Assembly: GCF_036321535.1 (NCBI RefSeq)
Contig: NC_087438.1
Location: 10,356,001-10,420,000 of the forward strand
Source of the DNA: Camelus dromedarius
Lineage: Eukaryota
Reading direction: 5' to 3'
Length of the DNA stretch: 64,000 nt
Part shown: piece after piece, positions 22,911 to 37,900 of the stretch
Layout: every line of letters begins with the position of its first letter
How positions within the stretch are numbered: the first letter of the stretch is position 1
Notes under the pieces: generated by a model
What the model saw: the letters and a program-made list of their open reading frames with translations, nothing else
What the model was told of the DNA's origin: nothing
Databases searched by the model: none
Made by a program: the position numbers and the translations under genes

Positions 22911-25900
22911 GTGAGGGCCCCGCACGCACAGCTGCCCAGGCCCCACAGGGCCTCCGGCACCTCCTCCCAGAGCCGCGGGAACAGCTGCTGGTCCCGTGAA
23001 TGCACTCACTCGGTGGTTTTCCGTGTGTTCCCAGGGAGGACCCATGTCAGAGCCCAGCTGAGGTCCTTTAGCCGCCTGCTAGGGTTAAGGGGCCTACGTG
23101 TGGCTTCTGATCAAGGGATCAGGGGACCGAGAGCCCCCTCCCAAGGCATGGACACCCCTGCCTGCTCCATGAGGAAGGGGGTGCCCTGCTGCCTCAGCCC
23201 CCTCTTCCCTCCAATCACAGGCAAAGCCCGGGTTGCCGCCCATGTTGCGGAAGATTTCAGCGGTCCCTGAGGTTAGCACTCAGCCACAGTGGCAGCGTTT
23301 TGCAGGGAAAGCTCCAGTTTTAGACTTGAGGGGCCTGCAGGAATGTGTGCATCCTTTAGTTATTTCTACCACCACGCCTGCCCCCATATTCATACTTATA
23401 TTTATCTTGAGTAGAAAAAAACCCAGTTAATTTACTTTGCTAACCCAGTAATAAACACCGGATTACTCCCATGTCATCAAAGATAAAAATGTGAAAAGAA
23501 GTAGTGTACATAGTCAACCAGGAATTATTTTTAATTTCCTTTTTGGGGGAGTGGGAGGCTTCAGTTCCCTCCTGATCCCCAAGATGGGCCTTCAGCAATG
23601 TGGTGTCAGTGAGGGGCCCTCAGTGTTTTTAGCTTGAACCTCCGCTACCCTCCAGTTCCCTCACAGACTCAAAAAGAAAAAGGCAGAGACAGAGAGAGAG
23701 AGAGAGAGGACAAGATTTGTATCGTGTAATTTATTTTGCAGATGTGGGGTTTCTGCTGCTTTTTTCCTGGGCCTGCTTTTGCTGTGGGTTTTCACTGGAG
23801 TGTATGGTTCGTTTACATCCTCATCTGTTTTCTATACCATGTCCTCTTAGTAGAAATAAAACTGACGTTTTTTTCCTAAAAGTAAAAATAGAGGAAAATT
23901 AATGTGATAATTCAGATTCTTTAAATGCATCTTGAATTGTGTTTTTCTTTATGCCCGCATGATTTCAGTGAATTTTATTCGTGCAAAGTACCAAAAGTGA
24001 AATGATAGAAGACTGGAGGAACTGAGGGGTATGGTCCAAATTTTTGAACTTTTTTTTTTTATTTGGCTTCTTAAAGATGAGATATGTTCAGAGCCTGACG
24101 GTTAACGTTGGTAGGCCCTTCCAAAGACACTCCCAGCGGCCCTTTCCTCTTCCAAGTTGGCCAGCAAGGGAGTTAGATTGCAGGAGAGGATGAATGTTCC
24201 CATCGGGCTGGAAGGAGCTTGGGCCTGATTCCTGCATCTCAGTTTCAGTCCCGGCTGTGCTTTTTCCAGTTAACCCCTGGGGGCTCGGTTTCTGTGAGCT
24301 GACCGTGACAGCCAGGGCCTTGGTTCTAATGGGCGAATGTCGGTCTGGTTTCAGAGAGGCCGGAATGAGGGCCTGAGCAGCGGCACGCTCTCCAAGTCCT
24401 CGTCCTCAGGCATGCAGAGCTGCGGAGAGGAGGAAGGCGAGGAGGGGGCGGACGCCGTGCCCCTGCCCCCGCCCATGGCCATCCAGCAGCACAGCCTGCT
24501 CCAGCCAGACTCACAGGACGACAAGGTAAGGGGGCCTAGGCTGCCCTGAGCGAGGAGAGGGGGCCTCATGGTTGCTGGTGTGCCCCAGCCTCACTGCAGG
24601 ACATAGAGAACATCCCGGGGCTGGGAAAATGTACCTGGAAGACATGCTGATTTTCCAGGCAGAATTCTGCCTATTTTCCCTCTAAAAGTACGGATAACAA
24701 AAGCTACTTCCTAAGCTGTAGGAATATGCCCAGTCTCTCATACACAGGTGCTTATATAAATCCATTCATTGCACTTTTTAATGGATGCTCTAGTAATTGC
24801 TACTTCTAAAGTCATTTTAATTTTTGTCGCTGTGCTGACGAGGGTCCCTGAGAGGCCAGTCAGAGAAATCACACGCCGCCTGCGTGGTTATGGCCTAAAT
24901 GCATATGAGCCTGTCTGGTTCTCTCTGTTAGGTGTCTTTGCGAATAGGTCTTGTTTTCAGATGAGATGCATTGCTGTCCAGTTCCTTTTTCCAACATGGC
25001 AAACATCTGGATCAAACTGGACTGTGGGGCTAGTTGTCAGAGTGCAGGAATCAGTTCAAAGCCATGAATCTACTCTTTGGATGTGTGAGGAGGCTTCGAG
25101 CCAAGTAAATCTTGTTTTCTGTTTTCTGTTTTTTGGAGTTTTTTTTTTCCCTTTTTTGGAGTTCTTACAGAATCTCAGATTGTTTTGCCCATCCCAGTGG
25201 TAGATCCCTAAAATGCCAAAGAGGAAACCTGATACCTGTGCCCTGCACATCCTCTCACGTTCTGGCACATTCTGCCTCTCTAAACTGGCAGGTGTTGAAA
25301 ACTGCACTATAAAGTAATTTCTGGTGATTTTTTTTTTTTTGGCAGTAACTAAATTTTGTGAATTAAACAGTTGTTTTAATCAGTTTCCCCCTTCTTCCCC
25401 TTTCTCCTTCCCTGGCTACCTCCTCTGCACTAACACAGTCACTGGCTGGATGGCCCGTATGTCATGAGCTGGGGTCGGCCCCCACCCAGTGATTGACAGC
25501 AGCAGGGCCCAGGCGGACCCTGCATTAGTCTTCACCCAAGGGCCCTTCCCTGTAGGAGCTGCTTCCTTCTCCTCCAGTGGCCTCGTGTACAGTGAGGGTG
25601 CCGTGGGTCTTGGCAGAAGGAGGGAACCTGGGTTCGAGCCTGGAGTTTGGGGGGCATCTCCGGTGCAGACCCCGTGCTGTGGGGGGCAGAAGGGCCTGGG
25701 ATGAGAGAGGAGCTCACCCCCTGCTGCCCAGAGCAGACCCACCAGGGAGTGGGGCTCTGAGCACTCCTCAGTTACTTTCTAGCATTCATTCTAAGCTATA
25801 CCTTTTTAAAGGCAGAAGACAGAAATTGCCTAAATCTGGATAGTTGGCCAGAAAGTGAGGGGCCAGGCCTGGTTGACTGATTCACCACATAAGAGAGTGT

Positions 25901-28900
25901 TTTTCTCCGTGTAAAGAGTGGATTGCACAATATTCTTCTTTTTGCTAAAATCATTTATTGGCTGTTGTGTTACCGCATTGGGTATTATCAATAGAAATTC
26001 TTCTTTTACAAGAATCTGTAGTGATGTTCCCAGGGACTATTATCTTGTGACTAATATTTTGTTTTGTTCTGTTTTCTCTTTTTGTAAACTTTCACTGCAG
26101 CATTATGTTGATTTGTGTTCTGTGTCTGTTTTGGCTCAGTTTCCTTACCTCTCCATTTGAAGTTTTTTCCTTGTTCTCTTCACCTCATAGTCCAGATTCC
26201 ATTAGACCAAGCCAACATTTGTTTTGCCAAGTGCATATCTGGATCCGCATTGTAAAAGCCTTGTTGTAAGCGTATAATCCGTACCTGTCTGCTGTGAGAC
26301 ACGCATCATTAGGACGGCTAGCCGTGTGTCGCATGCGTCTCTGCCGTCCTTAATATGAAGCAAGGTTCATATTACCTCCCTTCTAGTTTCCAGTAAATTA
26401 ATGGTGCACGTAATCTGCAAACACGCCGTGTTTGCTAATTACTGAAACTTGAACTCAGTAGTCCCTCCCCAGATCCCTTACCTGTCCACCCCTGTACACC
26501 CTGGCTCTGGCCGTAAATGGCATCTGATAGCTTGTGAGGCCACAGATCTCCTGTCCTCTGCACTAATCATTGGGGAAATGGATGGCACAGAAAATGGTGA
26601 GCTTGTCCCCCTCTTCCCTGTCTGGTCAGTGCTCCGGGTTCCTTTCCTTTTCCTGTTGCTTTCTTTTAGCCCCGTCCATGCAGTAAAGCCATTTTTAGTA
26701 TCCTATTTTGTTTCCCAATTATTTAAAGGGTTCACTCATTCACCTTCAGGCCTTTCTCTCTTCCTTTGATCAGATTCTCCATTTTTTCCCTCCTTAACCA
26801 GTAGCCCAGCCAGCAGTGGCAAAAGTTAGAATTTTCCCATGCCTCTTTGAAAAACGTTCTGATGGTACATGACTGCGGATTAAAAACAGACTTTGTCTGC
26901 TTTCCACATGTGTCCCAGACAGGTCTTATTTAATATTTCATGTCAGAGTATTGTAAATTTTAAAAGATGGCTTTAAATAAATGCAAACAAAGACAAACTT
27001 GTGGTCGTTTTGTCTGGAATTACTTTTAAGAAGAGAATAAGCTTGCAGGAGAAATTTCTGTCTGTCCGGTGACTAACATGGGCATTCCCCTCCCCGTCTC
27101 TCTGACCTTCCTCCGCAGGCCTCCTCCCGGTTGTTGGTCCGCCCCACCAGCTCCGAAACGCCGAGCGCAGCCGAGCTCGTCAGTGCGATTGAGGAGCTCG
27201 TGAAAAGCAAGATGGTAAGGCTGCCCAGAGGCCTGGTCCGAGGGCTGGAAGGTGCCCCAGGTGCCGCCTGCTGGTGGGCCTTCCCTTGTCCACGGGTGGC
27301 TCTTGTCTGCAGGGTGGAGTTCAGAGCCCCCAAGCCCACCCTCGCTTCTGACCAACCACAGGTTTAAAGATCCCCAGGACCAGTCTCAGGTTCAGTAAGT
27401 GGCCTGAATGGTTCACAGAACTTAGAGAAGCCACAGTGGCGGTTCATGACTGTGAAAGGATGCAGCTGAAAATCAGCCAGGGAGGAGGTGCAGGGGCAGG
27501 TCTGGGAGAGTCCAGATTCGGGCTGCCGTTGTCCTCTTCTGGTAAAGTCCCGTGAACAGTGCTGACGATACGTGCAGAACATTGCAGACCAGAGATGCTC
27601 CTCCGAGCCTCAGTGCTCAGAGTTTTTATCTGGGCTCAGTCACATACACAAGAGTGACCACTTATATGGCTCAGCCCTGTCCCCTGCCCCTCCAGAGATC
27701 AAGATCTCACGTGGCCCAGAGCCCCCCTCAAAAGTCACATTGTTAGCATAGACTGTCTTGGCCCAAGACCCCCAGCTAAACAGAGACATCATCAAGCAGG
27801 ACATTCCAAGGGCTTAGAGGGACCTCCCGGGGGCCAAGATCAGCCCTTCCTCGCACCCGTATCGTCCTCAGTGCTGGCATCATCCTAGCCCGTGTGGTCA
27901 GCTCCAGTCTTGTCTGGAGGTGTGCCCAGGGTCGGTGGTACTCACAGATGGCCGCCGCAAGTCTCTTGCTGTCTCTGAGATCTTTCATTTGGATTCGGGT
28001 GTGTAAAAGAGAATGGTTTGCCTTGCTATGTAAGGGCTTATTTTGTTAGTGACGTCTCTATTGCCAGTTGGTCAGCGTGGATTCATTTAATAAAAGCCCC
28101 AAATCAAATGTTGATTTTTTTGAAGTTAGGTATGCATTGTTCCTAGTTGATTCAAATCCATAAATTTCTGTGTTCCTTTAGTTTTCCTGTGAAATAGAAA
28201 AACGAGCAATGGTAACAGCTTTTTAGACTAGTGTGTCCTACTGGCCTGCTGCATCTTTTACAAGTCACCCCTCCTACAGTAAAGGCCCTCGGCCTCTCCC
28301 ACATTCCCTCCTCCAGAGAGAACCACTGTGAACAACTTGCTGTATTTCCCTCCAGGCACTTTCTTTTTAGGTGCAGGTATATATCGGGGGCGGGTGCATC
28401 TGCGGGCTTTTTCTTTCAAAATGGATTCATTTGATTTTTAAGATTCTAAGACTTAATGTGTCTTGAGGATCTCCTCACATCAGTATGTATAGATTCAGCT
28501 CTATCTTTTTAATAGCTTTATCATATTCCATTACACAGATGCAGCAATAAAAATACCATTATACTATAATTTATTTAAATAAATTCCTATATATATATTT
28601 CTCAATTTTCACTGTTATAAGCACACATTTCTTATGTCTGTGATTATATCTGTAGATAAGTTTCCAGCATTGGAATTGCTAGATCGAAGGGTTTACTATT
28701 GACCCTTCAACAACATGGGTTTGAATTTCACGGGTCCACTTACACGCAGGTGTTTTCCAATAGCAGATAATACAGCACGGCACAACCTGCAGCTGGTTGA
28801 ACCCTCTGACACAGAACCATAGATACAGAGGAACCATGCATGCAGAGGGTCTGCATCCCAACCCCAGCATCGTTCAAGGGTTAGCGGTACTTCCTTAAAG

Positions 28901-31900
28901 TTAGGAGTGTATCTTCCTTTGCCAGTAGTAACTGGGTACCTCTAATGAGGCTGGTTGACTAGGTCAAGGGGAAACTGTACCTAAAATTCAGACAGGTATT
29001 GCTGTGCTGTAGCTAGAATGCCCTCCAGGTGGTAGTCTGTGCTGTGGTCTGAGAAGGATGCAGTGGGCTCCCAGGTTAGACAGGATGTTAGACTGAAAGG
29101 CTGCTAGGACTTGGTAGATAAACCAAGATCTTGATTCTACTGGTCAAAAATTTGTGATCATGTTAGTATGCACTTAGCTAAACCACATCCTGGCTGTGTC
29201 TTTGAGAGACAAGTTGATTAATGGTCTAAAAAGACACTTAAATTATACCTAGTGATTTTTTTAAGCATCCTTAAACATTTTAGAAACAACCATTTGCACA
29301 TATTATATGACCATTAAAATCATTTTTATCTACTAATTGAATTGGTTTTCCCATGGACTGTTGGGAATCATGTGAATCATGTTAATACCCTCTGCCCTGT
29401 CCTGCTCCCCGTGACTGAGAGACTCCCGCACGTCTCACCGTGTGCTGTGGACCCTCAGTCATCCTGCTTGCTTTCCTGTGGGCCAGCTCTTAGGCTGTCG
29501 CACCTTCATAATCGGATTTGACCGTGTTGCACTGGGGAGGGGGAGAGGCGAGGGTTCTACTGTTGTGCAGTCAGTGTCCCAGGAACTGAGTCTCCTTACC
29601 CTGAACCCTGAGGATTCTACCTGAAGAGGAAAAACCACCCTGCAGTCCTTTCCCTGGGACTTGCTCCTCTCTCTACCCACACGTTCCTGATCAGTGTTGA
29701 AAGGCACTGGCTTTCCTGAGCACCAGCCGCGGGGCAGGAGTAGCCGGCGGCCACGGTGACCGTTTGATTTGACTTTGGGGCTTGCTCCTCTTCGTTGGCC
29801 TCAATACGAAGGGAGATACAAGAAAGAATGAAAATAAACAAAATAAACATCTAACTCAAAGTATTAGAAGAAAAACAAAATTTTTTTAAAAAGTGAAAGG
29901 AATGAATTCATAGAGATAAAAGCAGAAATTAAAGAGTTGGAAAACAAAAATAGTAAAATAAGAAATAAAACGCAAAAGTTCCTTCTTTCAAAATGTACAC
30001 TGCATGAATGGACTTGGGTCCCCAAAGCTGTGCTTAGTGATGATGTCAGCTTCAGCCTGTTACTCTTAAGGGGGGGAACGGGACAAGTATTAAGAGGTTT
30101 TAATTTGATGGGAAATAGTAAGTGTTCTTGTAGCTTTTATTGGGCTTTTTATTTAAAGATAAATAAAGATGGTTCAGATGTTGAAATGCTTCTTGATCAC
30201 CTCTATGTCCAGCTGGGGTGCTTTGGAAATTTTAAAAGTACTAGTACCTGTACCCCTAGGAGCTTTGTAAATTCAGGTTAAGAAAGAAAATTAATTAATA
30301 TGTACCAATTAGAAAGTAATCAGTCACACTGATCATTGTCACACTAATCCAGGGAGAAGAGTCATCAGTAGTCAGCTAAGAAGATTTGCTTGAGGTTCTG
30401 CAGAGGCTCTAACAATGAAAACAGTCACCTGCAGAAACTAAAATCCAGGGGGGAGACAGAGTTTTGGATAAGTGAGGCCAGCATGACAACTACTTCCTAC
30501 AGAAGAAGGAAGTGTGAGTGTCACAGAGAGATCAATTTTAGCTGGGTGATCTGTGTGTACTAAAGGATGTCGAGGCTTCATGAATAATTAAGAAACAAAT
30601 AATTTGCTTGAATTAAAATATAGGCTGCTGATATTGCTACGTAGCCTACCAACAAGTGATGTGGGCAGTGTGCTGGGGGAAACCCGCCCGATCCAGGCGA
30701 CTCCACAGCTTCTGAAATGGTCATGATCTCACGTGGTGGGAGTGTACCTGACAAGAAAATGGCTAGATCTGAAATGGGTCTGGGGCTGTGATGTAAGCCA
30801 GTTTGTACTGTTTCTAATTATTTGGTAACCAGGAACAGAATCTGTTAACATACAAATTCACTGTCCTTTTCATCTTAACTTTCCTCTTTTGTCCATCTCC
30901 TCTTACTCAGTTTTTAAATTAGTGCTCGGGGTTTTGTTATTAAATACTATGTGATTTTACAAACATGGATTCTGTAATGTCACAGTCAGGCCCCCTGTAT
31001 TTTCTGACGTATGAGATTTTCTTGCCCTAATTTCAGCCTCATGGACCGTGTGGGCAGGAAGTGTGACTGTTGATCTGGTTTCTTCCAGGCGCTGGAGGAT
31101 CGACCCAGCTCCCTCCTTGTCGACCAGGGAGACAGTAGCAGCCCCTCCTTCAACCCTTCTGACAATTCCCTTCTCTCCTCCTCCTCGCCCATCGATGAGA
31201 TGGAAGAAAGGAAATCGAGCTCTTTAAAGAGACGGCAGTAAGACAAACATTTTTGTTGTCATTGTTTGGCGGCTTTCCTCCTGTCTGTCATCTTCAAAGC
31301 TGTGACTGGGGTGCATGTCTGAGTCAGCACAAGGAAGAGACCTGGGGTCTCTCGCTGAGGGATTGTGCAAGTGGTCGCAGGGTACTCAGACCCTCGGGGA
31401 GGCACAGTAAGCCCTAGCTGCAGTTTCTCGTGTTTCATTTGTGTATTTTACTGTATTCATAAGTCAGAATGACACAAGAATATCTTCTGGTAAGAAACCA
31501 CTATACATTCTATCATATACGTAGTTGTGAAGAAAAAGAAAGCAACGTAAAATTAAATACAGTCCCCCAAACTTGAATACTTTTCAAACATACCTTAGTG
31601 GTAGAATTTTTTAGTTCTGTAAAGCAGCTTGTAGTGAAAAAAAAAAGCCCTGAAAAATATTATAAAAGGTTTAAAATTGCATTTGGAGAAGAGACCTGGT
31701 TTTATTGAGGGCTGTATGATGTCGCGCACATAGGTGAGCCTCATCAGTGCTGACTGAATGAACAAACCTTTACAGGCCAATTGAGGTGGTTTGCTGTACC
31801 TGATCAAGTAATTGTCTTATATTACCTGTGTGGCTGTAAACAGTTACTGAACCTTGCAAAAAGAAACTTCTAAATGATGTGATCAGACCCAAGGCTTTAG

Positions 31901-34900
31901 ACATCTGGGTTACTTTTTTTTTTTTTGTATGTCCAATGAACCTTTGAATGACTTAATCATTAAAACACAAAGGAGCAAGAAACTTGCTTCCTTTAACATC
32001 GTGCCTTTACAACAAAGTTACATCTAAACTTCTCTCGGTCATCACACACGTGCTGAGTCCAGTCGTGCTGAGTCCACACTGGATGCGAGATGTCTCGTGA
32101 CTTCAGCAGCTCCCATGGGTCACCCATGTGAACCTGTGAGTGACTCGGGACACACAGGAATTGGAGACCCAGTTGTGCAAGTTTGATAGGTTACTACACC
32201 ATCCCTGCAGAAATCTCATCTGATAAGAACAAAAGAGCAAAATAATTCTTTTAGAAAATTTCTTAGCATGGATTGTAAACACTGCTTTTTCTCTTTTTTT
32301 TTTTTTTTTCCCAGCTACGTTTTGCAAGAATTAGTGGAGACAGAGCGTGACTATGTGCGGGACCTCGGCTATGTGGTTGAGGTATGTGTTTTCAGAGATT
32401 TAATAACCTATAACAGCCCTAAGAGTTGTCATAGGGGTATCATGCTGGAGAATTGAATGCTAATACCGTCTCAAAAGCTTTAAAAACATTTTCGACGAAA
32501 ACAAAACACAGTAACAACAACCAATAAAATATTTCTGAGAAATCAAATTTAGCCAGTTACCTCAACAATCTGTCTTCACTTTGAAAGGCTTTTTTCTTGG
32601 CATGGTACATCTTGACATAGTCTCTTTTTTATAATTCAGTTTGTAAATATTGTCTCCAACCATTGAATTTATTATATGGAAATCTTGCCTTTAATTATTT
32701 TCAAGAGTGGGTACCACCACAGAAATGAGAACATCATTGGTTGAAACGTCATTGTGGCAACTTCTCCATCCACCTGGTTCAGAGCTTGGTCTGTGGCTAC
32801 TACCCCAGGCCATTTGCTTGTAGTTTTCACAGAACGAATGTGTCACCACTTGCATTGACCAGAAGTTGCTATGCACTTTGTAGCTATAGCAAAACTTCTG
32901 CCTTTCATACTAAATCGAGGACCATCTCTAGGCTTATCCTACCATCAAGTTCAGGGCATAATCATACTAATAAACTCAACTCATCAAAAAGCAATTTTTG
33001 TAATAAAAATCTTTATCACTTATTCTTTCAGCTTTGCTGATATGTACAGGGCAGTACTTTCTAGATGTACATTCCATTAAAAGTAATGGCTATTACAGTT
33101 ACTTCTATAACATAATAGATTAAACATGCTTATTCTATCTGCAGTTCATTACTAACAATAAAATAAGTAACTTGAAAACTTCAGAGGTTCTTATACAGAC
33201 TGAATCCCATTTTGAGTTATAGAGAAGTTTTAAACCACATTTTGGCAACCTAGTTAATCAACTGATGTTAAAAATCAATTTGTGAAAAGTATATTGTTAA
33301 ATCCTTATTTAACAAATTATGTAAATCTAAAAAGAAAAGAAAGTCTGTTTATATCAGATAAATACTGACAGCAAAGGAAACATGCTTCTGGACAAATATT
33401 TAATATTTACAAGCTGACAAAATAGTTTTATCAAACCATTTACATTTACTTAAACTTTCCAGGTCCTTAGAAGAGTTTTGACCTGTGAATACTAAACAGT
33501 TCAGGGCATGAAAATCATGGCAATGAATGTAACTATATTTCAAGTGCCAGTTGAGAATACATTTCACAAAGGGTTTTTGTTCTTAAATAAAGAATTGGTT
33601 TACAAGACAGGCACAGGTCTGTTTTATCCTTTATGACCGCCAATCAGTAAGCCGTCACTTGACTCAAACATGTTCAGTGAAATCATCTTATTTTTAAATC
33701 TTTCATTTTAGGGCTACATGGCACTTATGAAAGAAGACGGTGTTCCCGATGACATGAAGGGGAAAGACAAGATCGTGTTTGGCAACATCCATCAGATTTA
33801 CGACTGGCACAGAGAGTACGTAAAACACATGCTGTGTGCGGTGGCGTGCGCTGCGTCTTCACTCGCTCCGCTGCCTCGTGGCAGGCACATGGTGAAGGAT
33901 ATTTGTTGATTCGTTTCATGCCGTGACCTGTGTGGCCTTGTGGACGTAGTTGGTGTAAAGGAACTAGTTCTGCATTGAGGACTTTCGTGGTTGCATTTTG
34001 TGGCAGGTGGAAGCCTCTCACCTTCCCCCTGCGGGTCCATCCCAGGCCCGTGCTGGGGGTGGCTAGAAGCCCAGGCACCCCGTGTGACTGCCTAGTCCTG
34101 ACCCCCAGCCCTTTGCTTCCCCTTTCTGTGCCTCCATTCTTCATCTCCACAACCTGGGTCAGAGTGGTATCCACCCCCGGGACTGCTGTGAAGAGTGACT
34201 GACTTAATATAATACATGTGAGGTGCTTAGAACCACATCTCTGTGGAGTAAGCCTTAATAAGTGTTTCTGAGTAGAATTGCAGCCACGTCTTCAGTGAAT
34301 ACAAATTACTGTTAGAGGTTTTTTTCAAGTCAGTAAGTGATAATTCAGGTAGGCATACATCCTACCAACAAATACGGCCCAGAAGAAGTGAAGACAGTTT
34401 TGCTTCTGTGGTTATACCTAATTTTGATCTTAAAGGGAGCTAATGTTTGTGACCTCAAAATTGATTTTTACTATATTTGAGAAAATTTTACAAGGCTGGC
34501 ACAGGTCGCATTCAGTATTTTGTATCTGTTATTATCCAATTTGAGCCTGTTAAAAATCACCATGGAAAGAATACGAAACTCACAGGTAAGAGGACCAAGT
34601 TTTTAAAAAGCAAAATGACCGATTGCTTTGAAACACTTATGTTTTTTTACCCTGTATTCAAATGAGATGTTACTGTTTGCATCATTTAAAAAACGAAAGT
34701 GAGACAAAAATGTTGATGATGCAAAGGAAGGGAAGGTTGCCAGTCAAGGGATGTCTCACTCTGCCTTGCCTTTTTAAACTGTCCCCTTTTGCTTTCTGTC
34801 CTAACAATGTTTTCAGTGTGCATTGTATTTGTTAAGTATATACTTTACACTTCCCAATGACTCGTGTCAAAACAGGCTATTTGGAAAATATACACCTCAA

Positions 34901-37900
34901 TCTAAAACTGGAAGGCCAAATTGGAAATGGGTCTCATATTTCCCCTCTCCTTTCAGCTTTTTTTTAGGAGAGTTGGAGAAGTGCCTTGAAGATCCAGAAA
35001 AACTGGGATCCCTTTTTGTTAAACATGTAAGTACAATAGCAGGATTTACTTCTGCTCTCTATTGTCATACTTAGTCATTGGTTTGCCACATTAAAGGAGA
35101 ACACGCTTATAGTTTACAAAAATGCTTATACTAAGAATAAAATAGAACTGTACAGTGTCAGCTGGTTGGAATTAAAATCCCCCGTTGCTCTTCTACATGT
35201 AAATGGCCTGCTTTCCTGGTCATCTGGCCTCCAGTGGGCTATTTAGCTCACGAACGGTACAGGATGGTCAGAAGGGGACCAGAGCCAGACCAGAAGCGGG
35301 AACATTTGGGGATGTCTGTGGGCAAACAGGTGTCCGGTGCAGATGGTGATGCACCTAGATGTGCAGTGGGTTCAATGCAGTAGCCAAATATAGGTGTAAG
35401 TAACTAAAATGAGTGTGTTAACGGTTAAATTTTTTTTTAGGAAAAATTACTATATTTTCAAAAAAATAGTGACCAGAGTTTTTGTATTTTTGCAGATCTC
35501 CTTAATGTGTGGCTTAATAGAAGAAAGATGCATTTTTATATCTATTTCTGTATTGAACCTACTGTCATATGTTTTTTAGTTAAAATTTATGGGGAAAAAA
35601 ATATCCTTACACAGATATTTGATGGGAAAGGGATGAGTATTTTAATAGCCTTTTCAGATAATTATAGACAGTTTTCTTAGATAGTACACAAAAACTCAGC
35701 AAGTGATCATTTCTTAAAGGTCAGTTGCAACATGGAACCTGAAAACCCACTGGTGAACCTCTCCCTTGCTGTTACACTAAGTCATTGGACTGTCTCTCGC
35801 GTAAAGGCTCCTTCACCCCTGCGCCAGCTTGCAGCTTCCTGCACTGGTCTGTTGGAAAATACTGGTTCACGGATTTAGACACATCTTCCAGATGTTGAAA
35901 CATTTCAATAAACAGTATGGAAAAATCAGATTTGTTCACATCACCACACATCTCTCCAGAAAAGTCTTTAAGTATCGTCAAGTACAAGGTGGCAGATCCA
36001 TGTTTTCCAAAATTCTAATTTTTTGCTTGAAAGCTCAAATTTTCATTATTAACAGACATTGCCAGTTGTTTGCCTTAAAACAGCAGGCTCTTTTGTTCCT
36101 GTTCAGGGAAATGTCTACCCCATACCCACGTGTAAATAATTAGACTTTGTGTCCATCATTCTTTCAAGTAAAAATGGTGGTCCACGGAAACAAGCCGTCG
36201 GTTCAGGTCACAGCTCAGTCCCACGAGTGCATGGCCTTGGCTACTCTCATACACGGCAGAAGTGTCACGAGGACCTCTGTCTTGTCACAGGAATGTTAAA
36301 AAGATGTCTACTACTTGGTGGTTGAGTTTTATTAAAACGGCTTTTTATTCCTTCATCAAGGGCATTCTCAGGTGAAGGTGGCATGTGAAGGGCATTTGCT
36401 AAGCTGCCTGCCGTTTCTCCTACCGCTGGTTTCGCACATCAGTGCAAATGGTAGCACAGTGGAGAGGGCAGGTGACAAAATAATAGTATTATTTTGAAAA
36501 TAGTTTTGACCTAATGGATCCCCAAAGAGCCTCAGGTACCCCAGGGGGTGCCCACCACACTTGGAGGATCACACATTAAGGGGTATCTCACTGTCTACTT
36601 CCTCCCTGCCTTCAGGACTTGAGATTAAGAGCTTTTTCCAACCTACCAAAAAGAGCCAGGCTTCCTGGGACCATTGGCGGGGATTGAAGGGGTGGGAGTG
36701 ATGCTTGGTTTAATATTAAGCCCTGTGTCCTTTCATTGCCTCTGGTGTTTGCTGGGGAAAGCGCAGGGTTTGATGTATCTGAGGAAGCGATAATGAAGGA
36801 CTGTTTTTGGAGCCAGAAAGCAGAATGTCCATCCACATCATGAATCTGGAATGTGCTCCCAAGAGTCTAAACCGTGCGGTTTTATTTGAAGCACAGTTCC
36901 TTTATGAATGAGCTGACATGCGCACGTGCTCCTCTGTTCTAACCCAGCTGTTTGCCTTTCATTCCCAGGAGAGAAGGTTGCACATGTACATAGTTTATTG
37001 TCAGAATAAGCCAAAGTCCGAGCACATCGTCTCAGAATACATTGATACTTTTTTTGAGGTAAGAACTAAGTTAGAATCTTTTGTTAACAGTTGATTTCCA
37101 AAAATTGAAGTATTGTTTGTTTCCCAGGAGATTAAGCAATCATCCAGAAAGTTAGCCTCAGTTATGAGTTCTGAACCTGTATTTCCTTCCTAGAAGTCAG
37201 AGAAATGAGTGTGAGTTCAAGCTATGATTGTATCCCTTAGCATTCAGAGGACTAGGGTCCTGGTTAAAGTAAGGGTTTTTTATTAAATCAGTTTCAAACT
37301 TAAGACTCATTACAAACCCAGAATAATTTATGATCTAAACTTTTAGCCTGGAAATAAAAATCCTTATATGAATAAAAGGAAGCAAATGAAAGAAGGCCTT
37401 TTAAAGCAAGTGTGGCAGACCATTTTGGGAAACAGCTCAGAAAGGTTCAGGTGTCAAACTTGGACGTTCTGAGCCGTCGCACGGCACTGGTTGGCTGTGT
37501 GCAGTGTGACCTCTTTCCTGGTTACTTCTACCATGGTGTCGTTAGCATTCCTGACAATGACAGGCACTGAAAACAATTGCCTTTTAAAAGACAGCACTGA
37601 AGATCCTTGTTTCTCCTTTGAAACCACAGGACTTAAAGCAGCGCCTTGGCCACAGGCTGCAACTCACAGATTTGCTGATCAAACCAGTGCAGAGAATCAT
37701 GAAGTACCAGCTGCTGCTGAAGGTGAGGGCTGGCCGGGTCGCAGCCGGTGGCGGGAGGGCGAGACTTGGGGGCAGGGAGGCTTTGGCAGGTGACAGGGAT
37801 ATTTCTGTAAAAAATATGAGACAGTCTTGTTATTCCTGATTTTAAATATTCCAGAGTAAACTTTTTTAATTGAATAAAACACCTTACACTATTTCCTCAA

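Noticed and set aside
22571..23045. Antisense ORFs overlapping TRIO exons (also 45829-46640 and 60366-60841)
   Set aside because: Shadow ORFs expected opposite GC-rich coding exons
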